The notes: generated from the sequence alone by a model not told the origin. A stretch of DNA of 44,136 nt from Eubacterium sp. (GCA_051881215.1 JBJEPL010000154.1:1-44136), one strand, 5' to 3'; shown: positions 1 to 8,613, counted from the first letter of the stretch. Made by a program: numbers and translations.

Positions 1-88
1 ACAATTCACTCCTCCCTTTAACAAGGGAGGCTCAATAAGGTTTATTCTATTTTATGTGGCGTGGTTCAGACCACTTTATCGACAGTCT
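1..88. repeat. Possible right end of a small non-autonomous repeat (MITE/REP-like), cut by the window edge
   Basis: GC-rich hairpin CCTCCCTT-taac-AAGGGAGG (11-30) and small hairpin GTGGT-tcag-ACCAC (61-74). TTTATCGACAGTCT (75-88) resembles the TTTGTCxACAGTCTG terminal repeats I recall from clostridial IS/MITE ends, and it directly abuts a terminator hairpin. Confidence 0.35.
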
Positions 89-119
89 AAGCAGGAGCTG
101 ATTATTCAGCTCCTGCTTA
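88..119. terminator. Hairpin downstream of serA, probable terminator
   Basis: Perfect 14-bp inverted repeat TAAGCAGGAGCTGA-ttat-TCAGCTCCTGCTTA, 14 nt after the serA stop. The U-tract on the serA strand is poor. Confidence 0.6.
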
Positions 120-133
120 CTTTTGCTTTGGAT

Positions 134-1294
134 TTATTTTATAACTCTTACCTTGATTACACCGTCAACAGCCTCAATGTCGGTTATTACCTTTTCGGCA
201 GGTACGCTGTCTGTATCAATAATCGAATAAGCGACCTCGCCGCGGTTTTTATCCTCAAATGAAGCAATGTTGATTCCGTCTTTGCTGATTGTGTCGGTGA
301 TTGTTGCAATCATATTAGGCTGGTTTTTGTGGATAACCGTAATTCTTGCAACGCCTGTTTTTGCCATTGAAACAACAGGAAGATTAACGGAATTTTTGAT
401 ATTTCCGTTTTCAAGGAAATCAATAAGCTCGAGAGCACCCATTGAAGCGCAGTTCTCTTCGCTTTCGGGAGTGGAAGCGCCGAGATGAGGAATTGCAATA
501 ACACCGTCTATTCCGATAAGGTCGGCTGACGGAAAATCTGTTACATAAGCGGCGATTCTGCCGTCCTCAAGTGCGCTGACTACATCGCCCGAAACAGCGA
601 GGTCTCCTCTTGCAAAGTTGAGAATTCTTACCGTATCCTTCATAGCGTCAATGTTCTTTTTGCTTATCAGACCCTTTGTTTCGGGAGTGAGCGGAACATG
701 GAGTGAAAGATAATCAACAACAGGGAAAATTTCGTCAAGATTGTTGTTAACGGTAATTCCTGCTTTGAGCTGTGTTCCTTCGGGAAGAAACGGGTCATAT
801 CCGATAACTGTCATACCGAGGTCAACAGCCGCTTCGGCAACAAGCCTGCCTATTGCACCGAGACCGATTACGCCGAGCGTTTTTCCTTTGATTTCGGGAC
901 CTGCAAAAGCGCTCTTGCCCTTTTCAACAGCCTTGCCTACATTGTCGCCCTCGTCCTTGATGGTTTTGCACCAGTCAATAGCCTTTGTAATCTTACGGCT
1001 TGAAAGAAGCAGACCGCAGATAACAAGCTCCTTAACGGCGTTTGCGTTTGCGCCCGGCGTGTTGAATACAACAATGCCCTTATTTGTGCAGTCTGCAACA
1101 GGAATGTTGTTTACGCCTGCACCTGCTCTTGCGATTGCAAGAAGTGACTTCGGCATTTCCATTTCGTGCATTGATGCACTTCTTACCATAATTGCGTCGG
1201 GATTTTCAATATCGTTTCCGTAGGTGTATTTGCCTGCGTCAAATTTTGAAAGTCCTACATCAGAAATCTTGTTAAGTGTTTTAATATTATACAT
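134..1294 (-). CDS. serA: D-3-phosphoglycerate dehydrogenase with C-terminal ACT domain
   Basis: ARAGAGVNNI, NTPGANANAVKEL, GxGxxG (GLGAIG), NFARG, PHLGAST, ACT motif HKNQPNMI. Lies directly downstream of serC. Confidence 0.95.
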   Translation of the reverse strand: MYNIKTLNKISDVGLSKFDAGKYTYGNDIENPDAIMVRSASMHEMEMPKSLLAIARAGAGVNNIPVADCTNKGIVVFNTPGANANAVKELVICGLLLSSRKITKAIDWCKTIKDEGDNVGKAVEKGKSAFAGPEIKGKTLGVIGLGAIGRLVAEAAVDLGMTVIGYDPFLPEGTQLKAGITVNNNLDEIFPVVDYLSLHVPLTPETKGLISKKNIDAMKDTVRILNFARGDLAVSGDVVSALEDGRIAAYVTDFPSADLIGIDGVIAIPHLGASTPESEENCASMGALELIDFLENGNIKNSVNLPVVSMAKTGVARITVIHKNQPNMIATITDTISKDGINIASFEDKNRGEVAYSIIDTDSVPAEKVITDIEAVDGVIKVRVIK

Positions 1295-1308
1295 TAGTCT
1301 TTCTCCGA

Positions 1309-2394
1309 TTACTTGTTATTTTTTTCAAACTCTGCCATGAATTTAACGAGCTTCTCTACGCCCTCAATAGGCATTGCGTTGTATATGGAGGCTCTCATAC
1401 CGCCGACTGTTCTGTGACCCTTAAGGTTAACAAAGCCTGCTTCGGTAGCCTCGGCAATAAATTTCTTTTCAAGCTCATCATCGCCGATGATGAAAGGAAC
1501 ATTCATAAGAGAACGGTCCTCTTTAACAACGGTGCCCTTGAAAAGCTCTGATGAATCAAGAAAATCATAGAGGATAGCTGCCTTCTTTTCATTTCTTTCC
1601 TTCATCTTATCAAGACCGCCGATATCATTTTTAATCCACTCAAGCACGAGCTTGCAGATATAAATAGTCCAGCAAGGAGGGGTGTTGTAGAGCGAATCTG
1701 CGTCAGCCTGAACCTTGTAGTTCATCATAACAGGAGTGATATCTCTTGCGTTGCCGAGAAGATCCTCACGGATTATTGCAACAACAAGACCTGCAGGAGC
1801 AACATTCTTCTGCGCTCCGAAATATACCATACCGAATTTGCTTATATCAAGCGGCTCTGAAAGAGCGCAAGACGATACATCGGCAATAAGAACCTTGTCG
1901 CCTACAGGAGGAAGCTCCTTGTAAACAGTACCGTAAATTGTGTTGTTCATACAGATATAAACATAGTCTGCGTCCTCACGGAAATCTTCAGGCTTTGTTT
2001 TAGGGATATAGGTGAAGGTTTTGTCAGCGGAAGAAGCGGCGGCAACAACATCGCCGTATTTCTGTGCTTCCTGAAAAGCCTTTTTAGCCCACTGGCCTGT
2101 GATAATATAATCAGCCTTGCCGGAGCCGTTCATAAAGTTGAGCGGAATTGCCGAGAACTGCGCCGATGCGCCACCCTGAAGGAATAATACCTTGTAGTTG
2201 TCGGGAACCTTGTAAAGCTCTCTCATAAGAGCCTCGGCGTCTTTAATGATTTTGTCGAATACCTTTGAGCGGTGGCTCATTTCCATAACCGATTGGCCGC
2301 TGCCCTGATAATCCATCATTTCTGCTGCTGCCTGCTCAAGAACCTTTTCGGGTAAGGTTGACGGGCCGGCGCTGAAATTGTAAACTCTTGCCAT
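1309..2394 (-). CDS. serC: Phosphoserine aminotransferase
   Basis: NFSAGPS, EMSHRS, LQGGAS, PLP lysine in GAQKN, NTPP, GHRTVGGMRASIYNAM. RBS AGGAG upstream. Confidence 0.97.
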   Translation of the reverse strand: MARVYNFSAGPSTLPEKVLEQAAAEMMDYQGSGQSVMEMSHRSKVFDKIIKDAEALMRELYKVPDNYKVLFLQGGASAQFSAIPLNFMNGSGKADYIITGQWAKKAFQEAQKYGDVVAAASSADKTFTYIPKTKPEDFREDADYVYICMNNTIYGTVYKELPPVGDKVLIADVSSCALSEPLDISKFGMVYFGAQKNVAPAGLVVAIIREDLLGNARDITPVMMNYKVQADADSLYNTPPCWTIYICKLVLEWIKNDIGGLDKMKERNEKKAAILYDFLDSSELFKGTVVKEDRSLMNVPFIIGDDELEKKFIAEATEAGFVNLKGHRTVGGMRASIYNAMPIEGVEKLVKFMAEFEKNNK

Positions 2395-2463
2395 AATTTG
2401 TTACTCTCCTATAGCATAATATTTTGTAAATTTAGATGCATTTTCAAAATGCGTGTATACTCT

Positions 2464-2491
2464 ATTATAGTCTTGTAAAACATTTTGTCAA
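2464..2491 (-). promoter_or_regulatory. Sigma-A promoter of serC-serA
   Basis: TTGACA-N16-TATAAT on the minus strand, about 70 nt upstream of serC. Confidence 0.7.
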
Positions 2492-2652
2492 TGTTTTATT
2501 GAAATATTTGTTAAAAAGCACGACAGATTGACAAAATATTAACAAAATAGTAAACGATATAAAAAAAGATTGAGAACAATCTGTCTATTTATATGCTTCA
2601 ATATGAAAAATATGACTCAATTTATTATATGCTGTTTAAAATAGAAGAGAAT

Positions 2653-2695
2653 AAGAAAAAGGAACGACCTTTCTGTAAGAAAATAATCGTTCCTT
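2653..2695 (-). terminator. Intrinsic terminator after tRNA-Arg
   Basis: AAGGAACGA...TCGTTCCTT stem followed by TTTCTT on the minus strand, starting 2 nt after the CCA end. Confidence 0.7.
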
Positions 2696-2697
2696 CT

Positions 2698-2774
2698 TGG
2701 CGTCCCCGGCGAGATTCGAACTCACGGCCTTCCGCTTAGGAGGCGGACGCTCTATCCTGCTGAGCTACGGAGAC
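2698..2774 (-). tRNA. tRNA-Arg (anticodon CCT)
   Basis: 77-nt cloverleaf GTCTCCGTAGCTCAG...TCCGC-CT-CCT-AA-GCGGA...GTTCGAATC...GGGGACGCCA with encoded CCA. Confidence 0.96.
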
Positions 2775-2781
2775 TTGTATT

Positions 2782-2810
2782 AAAAAAGACACCTAAGCGG
2801 TGTCTTTTTT
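2782..2810 (-). terminator. Intrinsic terminator between tRNA-Glu and tRNA-Arg
   Basis: AAAAAAGACACC-N5-GGTGTCTTTTTT, a perfect 12-bp inverted repeat with a U6 tail. Confidence 0.75.
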
Positions 2811-2885
2811 TGGTGACCCGGACGGGAATTGAACCCGTGTTACCGCCGTGAAAGGGCGGTGTCTTAACCTCTTGACCACCGGGCC
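2811..2885 (-). tRNA. tRNA-Glu (anticodon TTC)
   Basis: 75-nt GGCCCGGTGGTCAAG...CCGCC-CT-TTC-AC-GGCGG...GTTCAATTC...GGGTCACCA. Confidence 0.96.
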
Positions 2886-2887
2886 GT

Positions 2888-2964
2888 TGGTGGCTTTAAC
2901 TGGATTCGAACCAGTGACACCGCGGGTATGAACCGCGTGCTCTAGCCAACTGAGCTATAAAGCC
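2888..2964 (-). tRNA. tRNA-Met (anticodon CAT), elongator type
   Basis: 77-nt GGCTTTATAGCTCAG...CGCGG-TT-CAT-AC-CCGCG...AAAGCCACCA. The paired 1:72 position argues against an initiator. The GGTTCATACCC loop matches Bacillota elongator Met rather than Ile2 (CTCATAA). Confidence 0.9.
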
Positions 2965-2993
2965 ATATGTACTTTGCATCAAGTGCAAGCAAG

Positions 2994-3022
2994 ATTATAT
3001 CTTATTAAACCGAGTTTGTCAA
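2994..3022 (-). promoter_or_regulatory. Consensus sigma-A promoter of the tRNA operon
   Basis: Perfect TTGACA-N17-TATAAT, 29 nt upstream of tRNA-Met. Confidence 0.85.
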
Positions 3023-3061
3023 CACTTTTTTTCGCCTTTTAAAAAACATCAATAAAAAACA

Positions 3062-3101
3062 GTACATATGTTTGACATTGTGCTCTATATAATGTTATTA
3101 T
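3062..3101 (+). promoter_or_regulatory. lexA promoter with overlapping candidate SOS box
   Basis: TTGACA (3072-3077) and TG-n-TATTAT (3093-3101). GTAC-ATAT-GTTT (3062-3073) differs at 2 positions from the Bacillota LexA box GAAC-N4-GTTC and overlaps the -35. Confidence 0.6.
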
Positions 3102-3134
3102 ATATAATATATCAAATAATATGAGGGAAGAAAT

Positions 3135-3722
3135 ATGGAAAAGATAACCGAAAAGCAGGCACAGATTTTTGATTACATAAAAGAAGTTATATCCCAAAGA
3201 GGAGTTGCGCCCTCCGTTCGTGAAATCGGTCAGGCTGTTGGTTTAAAATCAACCTCCTCGGTTCAATATAATCTTAATGCTCTTGAAGAAACGGGATATA
3301 TTAAAAGAGACCCTAATTTAAAAAGAACAATCCGCATCTGCGGCGCCGCCGAAAGCGTCAGCCATATACCGCTTATGGGCACGGTAACGGCAGGAAATCC
3401 GATACTCGCCACACAGCAGATAGAGGATTATATTGCTGTTTCCGGAGTTAAGGGAAGTAATCTTTTTGCTCTGCATATCAAAGGCGACTCAATGGTAAAT
3501 GCAGGGATTTTTGACGGCGACATTGTTGTAGTTGAGCAGTGCCCTGTTGCAGATAACGGCGAAATAGTTGTTGCCTTGATTGACGAGGAGGCAACCGTAA
3601 AGCGTTTTTATAAGGAAAACGGCCATTTCAGGCTTCAGCCGGAAAATGACAAGTATGACCCTATCATTGTTGATGAATGTAATATTCTCGGAAGGGTTAA
3701 AGCCCTTATCCGCAGCTATTGA
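3135..3722 (+). CDS. lexA: SOS repressor LexA
   Basis: Winged HTH (PSVREIGQAVGLKSTSSV), Ala-Gly cleavage site VTAGNP, catalytic Ser in GDSM, catalytic Lys in ATVKR, RLQPEN. Confidence 0.96.
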   Translation: MEKITEKQAQIFDYIKEVISQRGVAPSVREIGQAVGLKSTSSVQYNLNALEETGYIKRDPNLKRTIRICGAAESVSHIPLMGTVTAGNPILATQQIEDYIAVSGVKGSNLFALHIKGDSMVNAGIFDGDIVVVEQCPVADNGEIVVALIDEEATVKRFYKENGHFRLQPENDKYDPIIVDECNILGRVKALIRSY

Positions 3723-3747
3723 TATTTTACCCTATATATGCTAAAAT
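3719..3747 (+). promoter_or_regulatory. Promoter for mrp and downstream genes
   Basis: TTGATA-N17-TAAAAT with extended TG, overlapping the lexA stop codon. Confidence 0.5.
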
Positions 3748-3774
3748 TCTAAAAAAATAAACGGAGATGTAATT

Positions 3775-4602
3775 ATGAGCGATTGCAGTCATGACTGTTC
3801 AAGCTGTAAAGAAAGCTGTTCTTCAAGAGAGGCGGGAAAGGCTGACTTTCTTAAGCCTATGAATAAATATTCAAATATAAAAAAGGTTATCGGCGTTGTA
3901 AGCGGTAAGGGCGGAGTAGGAAAAAGCTTTGTTACCTGTATGCTTGCGTCAAAATGCGCCAAATCAGGTTTAAAGGTAGGCATTCTCGATGCAGATATTA
4001 CCGGCCCGTCAGTTCCTAAATCCTTCGGTATTTCGCAAAGGGCAATGCAGGACGGCGAATGTTTGCTCCCTGCCGTAACAAAAGGCGGAATAAAGATTAT
4101 GAGCGTTAATCTTCTGCTTGAGGATGTCAATTCTCCGGTAGTGTGGAGAGGCCCTGTTATCGGCGGAGTTATTGACCAGTTTTGGAGCGATGTCCGCTGG
4201 GGAGAGCTTGATTATCTCTTTGTGGATATGCCTCCGGGAACAGGTGATGTTGCCTTGACGGTGTTCCAAAATCTTCCTGTTGACGGTATTGTTATCGTAT
4301 CAACTCCGCAGGATTTGGTAAAGATGATAGTCAGCAAAGCCTTTAATATGGCTAAAATGATGAATGTTCCCGTTTTGGGCCTTGTTGAAAATATGAGCTG
4401 TTATGTATGCCCCGACTGCGGCAGAAAAATTAACATATTCGGCGAATCAAAGATTGACCAAACAGCGCAGGAGCTTAATGTTCCCGTTATTGCAAAGCTC
4501 CCTGTAAATCCCGAAATAAATAAATTTGTTGACGAGGGCAGAATTGAGGATATTGACTGCGGCGAGCTTGACGAATTTGTTTCGGCGCTTAAGGGAGAAT
4601 AA
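3775..4602 (+). CDS. mrp: Mrp/ApbC/NBP35 family Fe-S cluster carrier ATPase
   Basis: Deviant Walker A SGKGGVGKS, DADITGPS, WRGP, DMPPGTGD, ENMS-x3-CPDC, and a Cys-rich N-terminus CSHDCSSCKESC. Confidence 0.92.
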   Translation: MSDCSHDCSSCKESCSSREAGKADFLKPMNKYSNIKKVIGVVSGKGGVGKSFVTCMLASKCAKSGLKVGILDADITGPSVPKSFGISQRAMQDGECLLPAVTKGGIKIMSVNLLLEDVNSPVVWRGPVIGGVIDQFWSDVRWGELDYLFVDMPPGTGDVALTVFQNLPVDGIVIVSTPQDLVKMIVSKAFNMAKMMNVPVLGLVENMSCYVCPDCGRKINIFGESKIDQTAQELNVPVIAKLPVNPEINKFVDEGRIEDIDCGELDEFVSALKGE

Positions 4603-4635
4603 ACAAATTTTTGTGTTTTGATGATTGAGGAAATA

Positions 4636-5220
4636 ATGGAAATTAACATTTATGATTTCGATAAAACAATAATTCCCTTTGACAGCGGCTCGCTTTTTTG
4701 GGGATACTGTATACTTCATTATCCTTGGATAATTATTCTTTTTCCGCTTCAGCTTATAGGATTAATACTTACGCTTTTGAAAATTATTGATTTTACAGCG
4801 TTTAAAAAGGTGTTCTTTTTATTTGTAGCATTAATTCCGCTTCAAAGGGCTGTAAACGGCTTTTGGGACAGGCATGAAAAGCAGGTTCATAAATGGTTCT
4901 TCAACAGAAAAAGATATTCGGTTGTAATAAGCGCGTCTCCCGATTTTTTGCTTGATGAAATACATAAGCGCCTCGGCTTTGAAATGCTTATATGCTCAAG
5001 GCACAATAAAAAAACAGGAGCAATAATCGGCAGAAACTGCCGCGAGGAAGAAAAGGTAAAAAGGCTTTATGAGGCATTCGGCAAAGAGAATATTAAGGTA
5101 ATTGATGTTTATTCCGATTCAATTAAGCACGACAGACCGATTTTTTCTCTGGGTGAAAATTGTTATCACATAGTTAAGGGCGAAAGAATTAAGTTTAAAT
5201 TTGATGATATATATAAGTAG
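4636..5220 (+). CDS. Membrane-associated HAD-IB family phosphatase
   Basis: Motif I YDFDKT, motif II ISASP, EEKV lysine, motif IV YSDSIKHD, and a hydrophobic cap. Start moved to ATG 4636 behind a GAGG RBS. Confidence 0.8.
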   Translation: MEINIYDFDKTIIPFDSGSLFWGYCILHYPWIIILFPLQLIGLILTLLKIIDFTAFKKVFFLFVALIPLQRAVNGFWDRHEKQVHKWFFNRKRYSVVISASPDFLLDEIHKRLGFEMLICSRHNKKTGAIIGRNCREEEKVKRLYEAFGKENIKVIDVYSDSIKHDRPIFSLGENCYHIVKGERIKFKFDDIYK

Positions 5221-5230
5221 GTAATGTTAT

Positions 5231-6523
5231 ATGAAATATTATTCCAAGCGTTCACTTGCGATAGGAGTTATTATTTTAATCGCTGTAATCGGTGTATTTG
5301 CATTTTCCATGCAGTACAGAAATAAAGATATTAACAACAATATAGTATTGACTACGGCAATTAAAAATGTTGACGGCGCAAAAGGTCAGGAGAGAATTTT
5401 GATTGCCGAAAATAAAGAGGGAGACTATCAGATTTATTACGATTATGAAACGGTCTACCTAACTCATAAGGGCGTTGACAAGGAATTCAAGGGCTGGCTT
5501 GCCTCCGTTGAAGAAAAAACACCCGAAATGTTCTATAAGGATTATGACGGCGACGGTGAAAAGGAGCTTTTGGTTAAGCTTGTAAGCGGTGTTGATCAGG
5601 ATATCTATAATGTAAAAACATATGTTTACAGCATGTTTCTGTTTAAAGCGGTGGACGATGAGGACGGAACATTCCATTATGAATCCATAGGCGCTACTGC
5701 CGATACTTGGAGAAAGCCCTTTGAAAGCGTAATAAGAAGCGAGCTTACACAGCTTGACAGCTGTAAAAAGTTTTTGCAGTTTGTTATGGACGATATTGAT
5801 ACTCCTTTGACATATGACAGCAAAACGGGTATTTCCGAAAACAAGCATGTTTCATTCGTTTCCGCTTTGACAGACAGTAAAAAGAATTATTATACCTTGA
5901 GCACCTGGTCAAGAGGCAAGGGCATATATGAGCTTGACGAAGAGGGAAATATTTCTCTTGATATAGAAATTTTAGCAAATTACGAAGAGGTTGATTCAAC
6001 GCAGACAATCGGTGATGTGCATTGCGATATTGATGTTATCGACGGTGAATTTGCAATTGTTCCTAAAAGTATTTATTTCGAGCCGAGAGAGGGCTTTATG
6101 GTTTCCGACCCGAGAGAGAGCACAGATGAAAAATGGTCGTATAAAATTAAAAACAACAGCGCAACTCCAACGCTCGAAAGCAACGAGATTGACTGGATTG
6201 ACGCAAGCCTTGAGCTTCAAAGCGGTGTTGACGAAGTAGCAGCCTATTTCGGTGAAATGTCAAGCAAGGTTAAAGCGGTAGACAGCATTGAATTTACTCA
6301 AAATGCCGTTATTCTTACAGCTAAATCGGGATATACATTTTTGGAGAGAGTTGTTAATAACGGCGTATTCTCCGTTACAATCAAGGACGGTGAGAAGGAA
6401 TACGATATATCATATAAGGCATCAATAAGCGAAAAAGACGGTAAAAGCATTTTAACGATAACGCTTGATAAAAACTATCCGAGAGAAACAATAACCACGG
6501 CTAAAATCAAATTCGGTGTGTAA
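5231..6523 (+). CDS. Hypothetical N-terminally anchored or secreted acidic protein
   Basis: 430-aa ORF. Basic N-terminus plus hydrophobic helix, a beta-rich acidic body, and one DxDxDG loop (DYDGDGEKEL). Confidence 0.75.
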   Translation: MKYYSKRSLAIGVIILIAVIGVFAFSMQYRNKDINNNIVLTTAIKNVDGAKGQERILIAENKEGDYQIYYDYETVYLTHKGVDKEFKGWLASVEEKTPEMFYKDYDGDGEKELLVKLVSGVDQDIYNVKTYVYSMFLFKAVDDEDGTFHYESIGATADTWRKPFESVIRSELTQLDSCKKFLQFVMDDIDTPLTYDSKTGISENKHVSFVSALTDSKKNYYTLSTWSRGKGIYELDEEGNISLDIEILANYEEVDSTQTIGDVHCDIDVIDGEFAIVPKSIYFEPREGFMVSDPRESTDEKWSYKIKNNSATPTLESNEIDWIDASLELQSGVDEVAAYFGEMSSKVKAVDSIEFTQNAVILTAKSGYTFLERVVNNGVFSVTIKDGEKEYDISYKASISEKDGKSILTITLDKNYPRETITTAKIKFGV

Positions 6524-6596
6524 TTAAAGCCTTGCGTGTATTATGGTATTGATATCGGACAAAATATAAATAAAAGTTTAAAAAATTAGACAACAG

Positions 6597-6625
6597 TTGA
6601 ATATTTTGGCATTATATGATATACT
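6597..6625 (+). promoter_or_regulatory. Promoter of the DegV gene
   Basis: TTGAAT-N17-TATACT with extended TG. Confidence 0.6.
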
Positions 6626-6649
6626 GTTTCACTGAAAGGTGAGGATTAA

Positions 6650-7504
6650 GTGAAAGATGTTGTTATAACCGCGGATTCTACAAGCGATCTTCCCGAAGAG
6701 CTTATAGAGCAGAATAATATAATAATTTTTCCTCTTTCCGTTTTACTCGGTGATAAGTCATATCGCGACGGAATAGATATACATCCGCAGGATATATATG
6801 ATTATGTTAATAAAACGGGGGATTTGCCTAAAACGGCGGCTGTTACGCCGAATCAGTATTATGAGGTGTTTGAGAAGCTGACGGCAGAGGGTAAGGCTGT
6901 TGTTCATATAGCTCTTTCATCAGCGATTTCATCAAGCTATCAGAATTCATGTATTGCCGCTGCTGATTTTGACGATGTATATTGCATTGATTCAAAAAGT
7001 CTTTGTACTGCAATGGGGCTTCTTGTTCTTAAGGCATGTGATTTCAGAGCAAAGGGCTTTGACGCAAAAAAAATCTACAACAGAGTAAGCTCCCTTGTTC
7101 CTAAATTAAGCACAACCTTTGTTCTCGAGAGCCTTGAATATCTTCATAAGGGCGGCAGATGCTCCGCTGTTACAAGATTCGGAGCTAACATTTTGGGCAT
7201 TAAGCCGAGCATAGGCGTCGACCCGAAGCAGGGAACGCTTGATGTTTTGAAAAAGTACAGAGGCAAGCAGGAGGCTGTTTATAAGCAGTATATAAACGAC
7301 TGCCTTAAAGATATCAATAAAATTGATACATCAAGAATTGTAATCGCAAACAGCGGCGGATTAAATCCCGAAATAATAAGCTTTGCAAAGGGCGTTATTG
7401 AGGGAAAGGCTTCTTTTGATGAAATTATAACCTCCGATGCCGGATGCACCATTTCCTCGCATTGCGGGCCGAAAACGCTTGCAATATTTTATATAAAAAA
7501 ATAA
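6650..7504 (+). CDS. DegV family fatty-acid-binding protein (FakB-like)
   Basis: ITADSTSDLP, PKTAA, LSSAISSSYQ, IDSKSL, LEYLHKGGR, ISSHCGP. GTG start with GAGG RBS. Confidence 0.93.
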   Translation: MKDVVITADSTSDLPEELIEQNNIIIFPLSVLLGDKSYRDGIDIHPQDIYDYVNKTGDLPKTAAVTPNQYYEVFEKLTAEGKAVVHIALSSAISSSYQNSCIAAADFDDVYCIDSKSLCTAMGLLVLKACDFRAKGFDAKKIYNRVSSLVPKLSTTFVLESLEYLHKGGRCSAVTRFGANILGIKPSIGVDPKQGTLDVLKKYRGKQEAVYKQYINDCLKDINKIDTSRIVIANSGGLNPEIISFAKGVIEGKASFDEIITSDAGCTISSHCGPKTLAIFYIKK

Positions 7505-7508
7505 AATT

Positions 7509-7546
7509 AAGCCGTTGAATATCCTTGAGTTCAACGGTTTTGTTTT
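7509..7546 (+). terminator. Intrinsic terminator after the DegV gene
   Basis: AAGCCGTTGAA...TTCAACGGTTT stem followed by TGTTTT. Confidence 0.65.
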
Positions 7547-7585
7547 GATATAATTGTAAACCCAAATTAAAGGAAGTGTAAACAA
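7546..7585 (+). promoter_or_regulatory. birA extended -10 promoter and candidate BirA operator
   Basis: TG-a-TATAAT (7546-7554). TTGTAAAC-N16-GTAAACAA (7554-7585) resembles the BirA box TGTtAAC-N14/16-GTTaACA. Confidence 0.6.
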
Positions 7586-8529
7586 TGGCGTTGAAAAACG
7601 ATATTTTATATGAGCTTTTAAGCAACACGGGCAGTTACATAAGCGGAGAGGCTCTGGCAAAAAAATTTGATAAGAGCAGAGCCGCCGTGTGGAAGGCTGT
7701 AAAAGCGCTTTCAAAGGAGGGATATGATATTGACGCGGTTACAAATAAGGGCTACAGATTAAGCGACAACAACGACCTTATTTCCGCTCAAAGCATTTCT
7801 GCAAGGCTTTGCGGAGATATTGAGGTTTTGTATTACCCTTCAATTGATTCAACAAATAATCAGTGCAAAAGGCTTCTTGCCGACGGCAGGGAGGGTATAT
7901 TCCTCGTTACAGCCGATGAGCAGACGGCAGGCAGAGGAAGGCAGGGAAAAAGCTTTTATTCTCCGCCGATGACGGGTGTATATTTCAGCCTTGTCATTCA
8001 TCCGAAAACAACTCTTAAAAATGCTGTAACCGCAACAACCGCCGCAGCCGTTGCGGTGTGCAGGGCTATTGAAACGCTCACCGATAAAAAGCCTAAAATA
8101 AAATGGGTTAACGATGTTTATTTAAACGGAGCAAAAATCTGCGGAATCTTAACCGAAGCGGTAACTAATTTTGAATCAGGGATTGTTGACAGCGTAATAA
8201 TCGGGATAGGAATAAATATCAAGACAATTGATTTTCCCGATGATGTCGACGGTGCAGGCAGTCTCGGCGAGGGAGTCAGCAGAAGCAGGCTCATTGCGCA
8301 GATTGTAAATGAGCTGATGAATATTGCGTCAGGCGATTATAAAAGCTTTATTGATTATTACCGCAGCCATTCGCTCGTTATCGGCGAAAGGATTAATTTT
8401 ATCCAAAACGGTAAGATAACTCCTGCAACAGCGGTTGCCATTGATGAAACAGGCGGACTTGAGGTAAGACTTGAAAACGGCGAAGTAACCGTTTTGAGAA
8501 GCGGTGAAATCAGCATCAGAAAAAGATGA
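7585..8529 (+). CDS. birA: Bifunctional biotin-[acetyl-CoA carboxylase] ligase / repressor
   Basis: N-terminal HTH (SGEALAKKFDKSRAAVWK), DSTN, QTAGRGRQG, KWVND, KICGILTE, GIGIN. Confidence 0.95.
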   Translation: MALKNDILYELLSNTGSYISGEALAKKFDKSRAAVWKAVKALSKEGYDIDAVTNKGYRLSDNNDLISAQSISARLCGDIEVLYYPSIDSTNNQCKRLLADGREGIFLVTADEQTAGRGRQGKSFYSPPMTGVYFSLVIHPKTTLKNAVTATTAAAVAVCRAIETLTDKKPKIKWVNDVYLNGAKICGILTEAVTNFESGIVDSVIIGIGINIKTIDFPDDVDGAGSLGEGVSRSRLIAQIVNELMNIASGDYKSFIDYYRSHSLVIGERINFIQNGKITPATAVAIDETGGLEVRLENGEVTVLRSGEISIRKR

Positions 8530-8581
8530 GAAAAATATTATTCGCTGTTCAGCGAAGGATATTTTCCTGCATAATATACAA

Positions 8582-8613
8582 AAAAACAGACTGAATTGCT
8601 TCAGTCTGTTTTT
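8582..8613. terminator. Bidirectional terminator
   Basis: AAAAACAGACTGAA-ttgc-TTCAGTCTGTTTTT between convergent genes. Confidence 0.8.

Noticed and set aside
741-1223. 160-aa plus-strand ORF, representative of the many 60-180 aa ORFs overlapping real genes (e.g. 40776-41315, 16091-16492, 37698-38108)
   Set aside because: These are antisense or off-frame shadows of well-supported genes, with no recognisable motifs.
2522-2585. 9-bp inverted repeat GACAGATTG/CAATCTGTC 46 nt apart, considered as an invertible promoter or sRNA
   Set aside because: The repeat is short, there is no recombinase in the window, and no convincing -10 or terminator supports it.
2698-2964. tRNA genes as an integration site, with lexA as a prophage repressor
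   Set aside because: There is no integrase or phage gene, and I saw no duplicated tRNA 3' end. The protein has typical host LexA features and a candidate SOS box.
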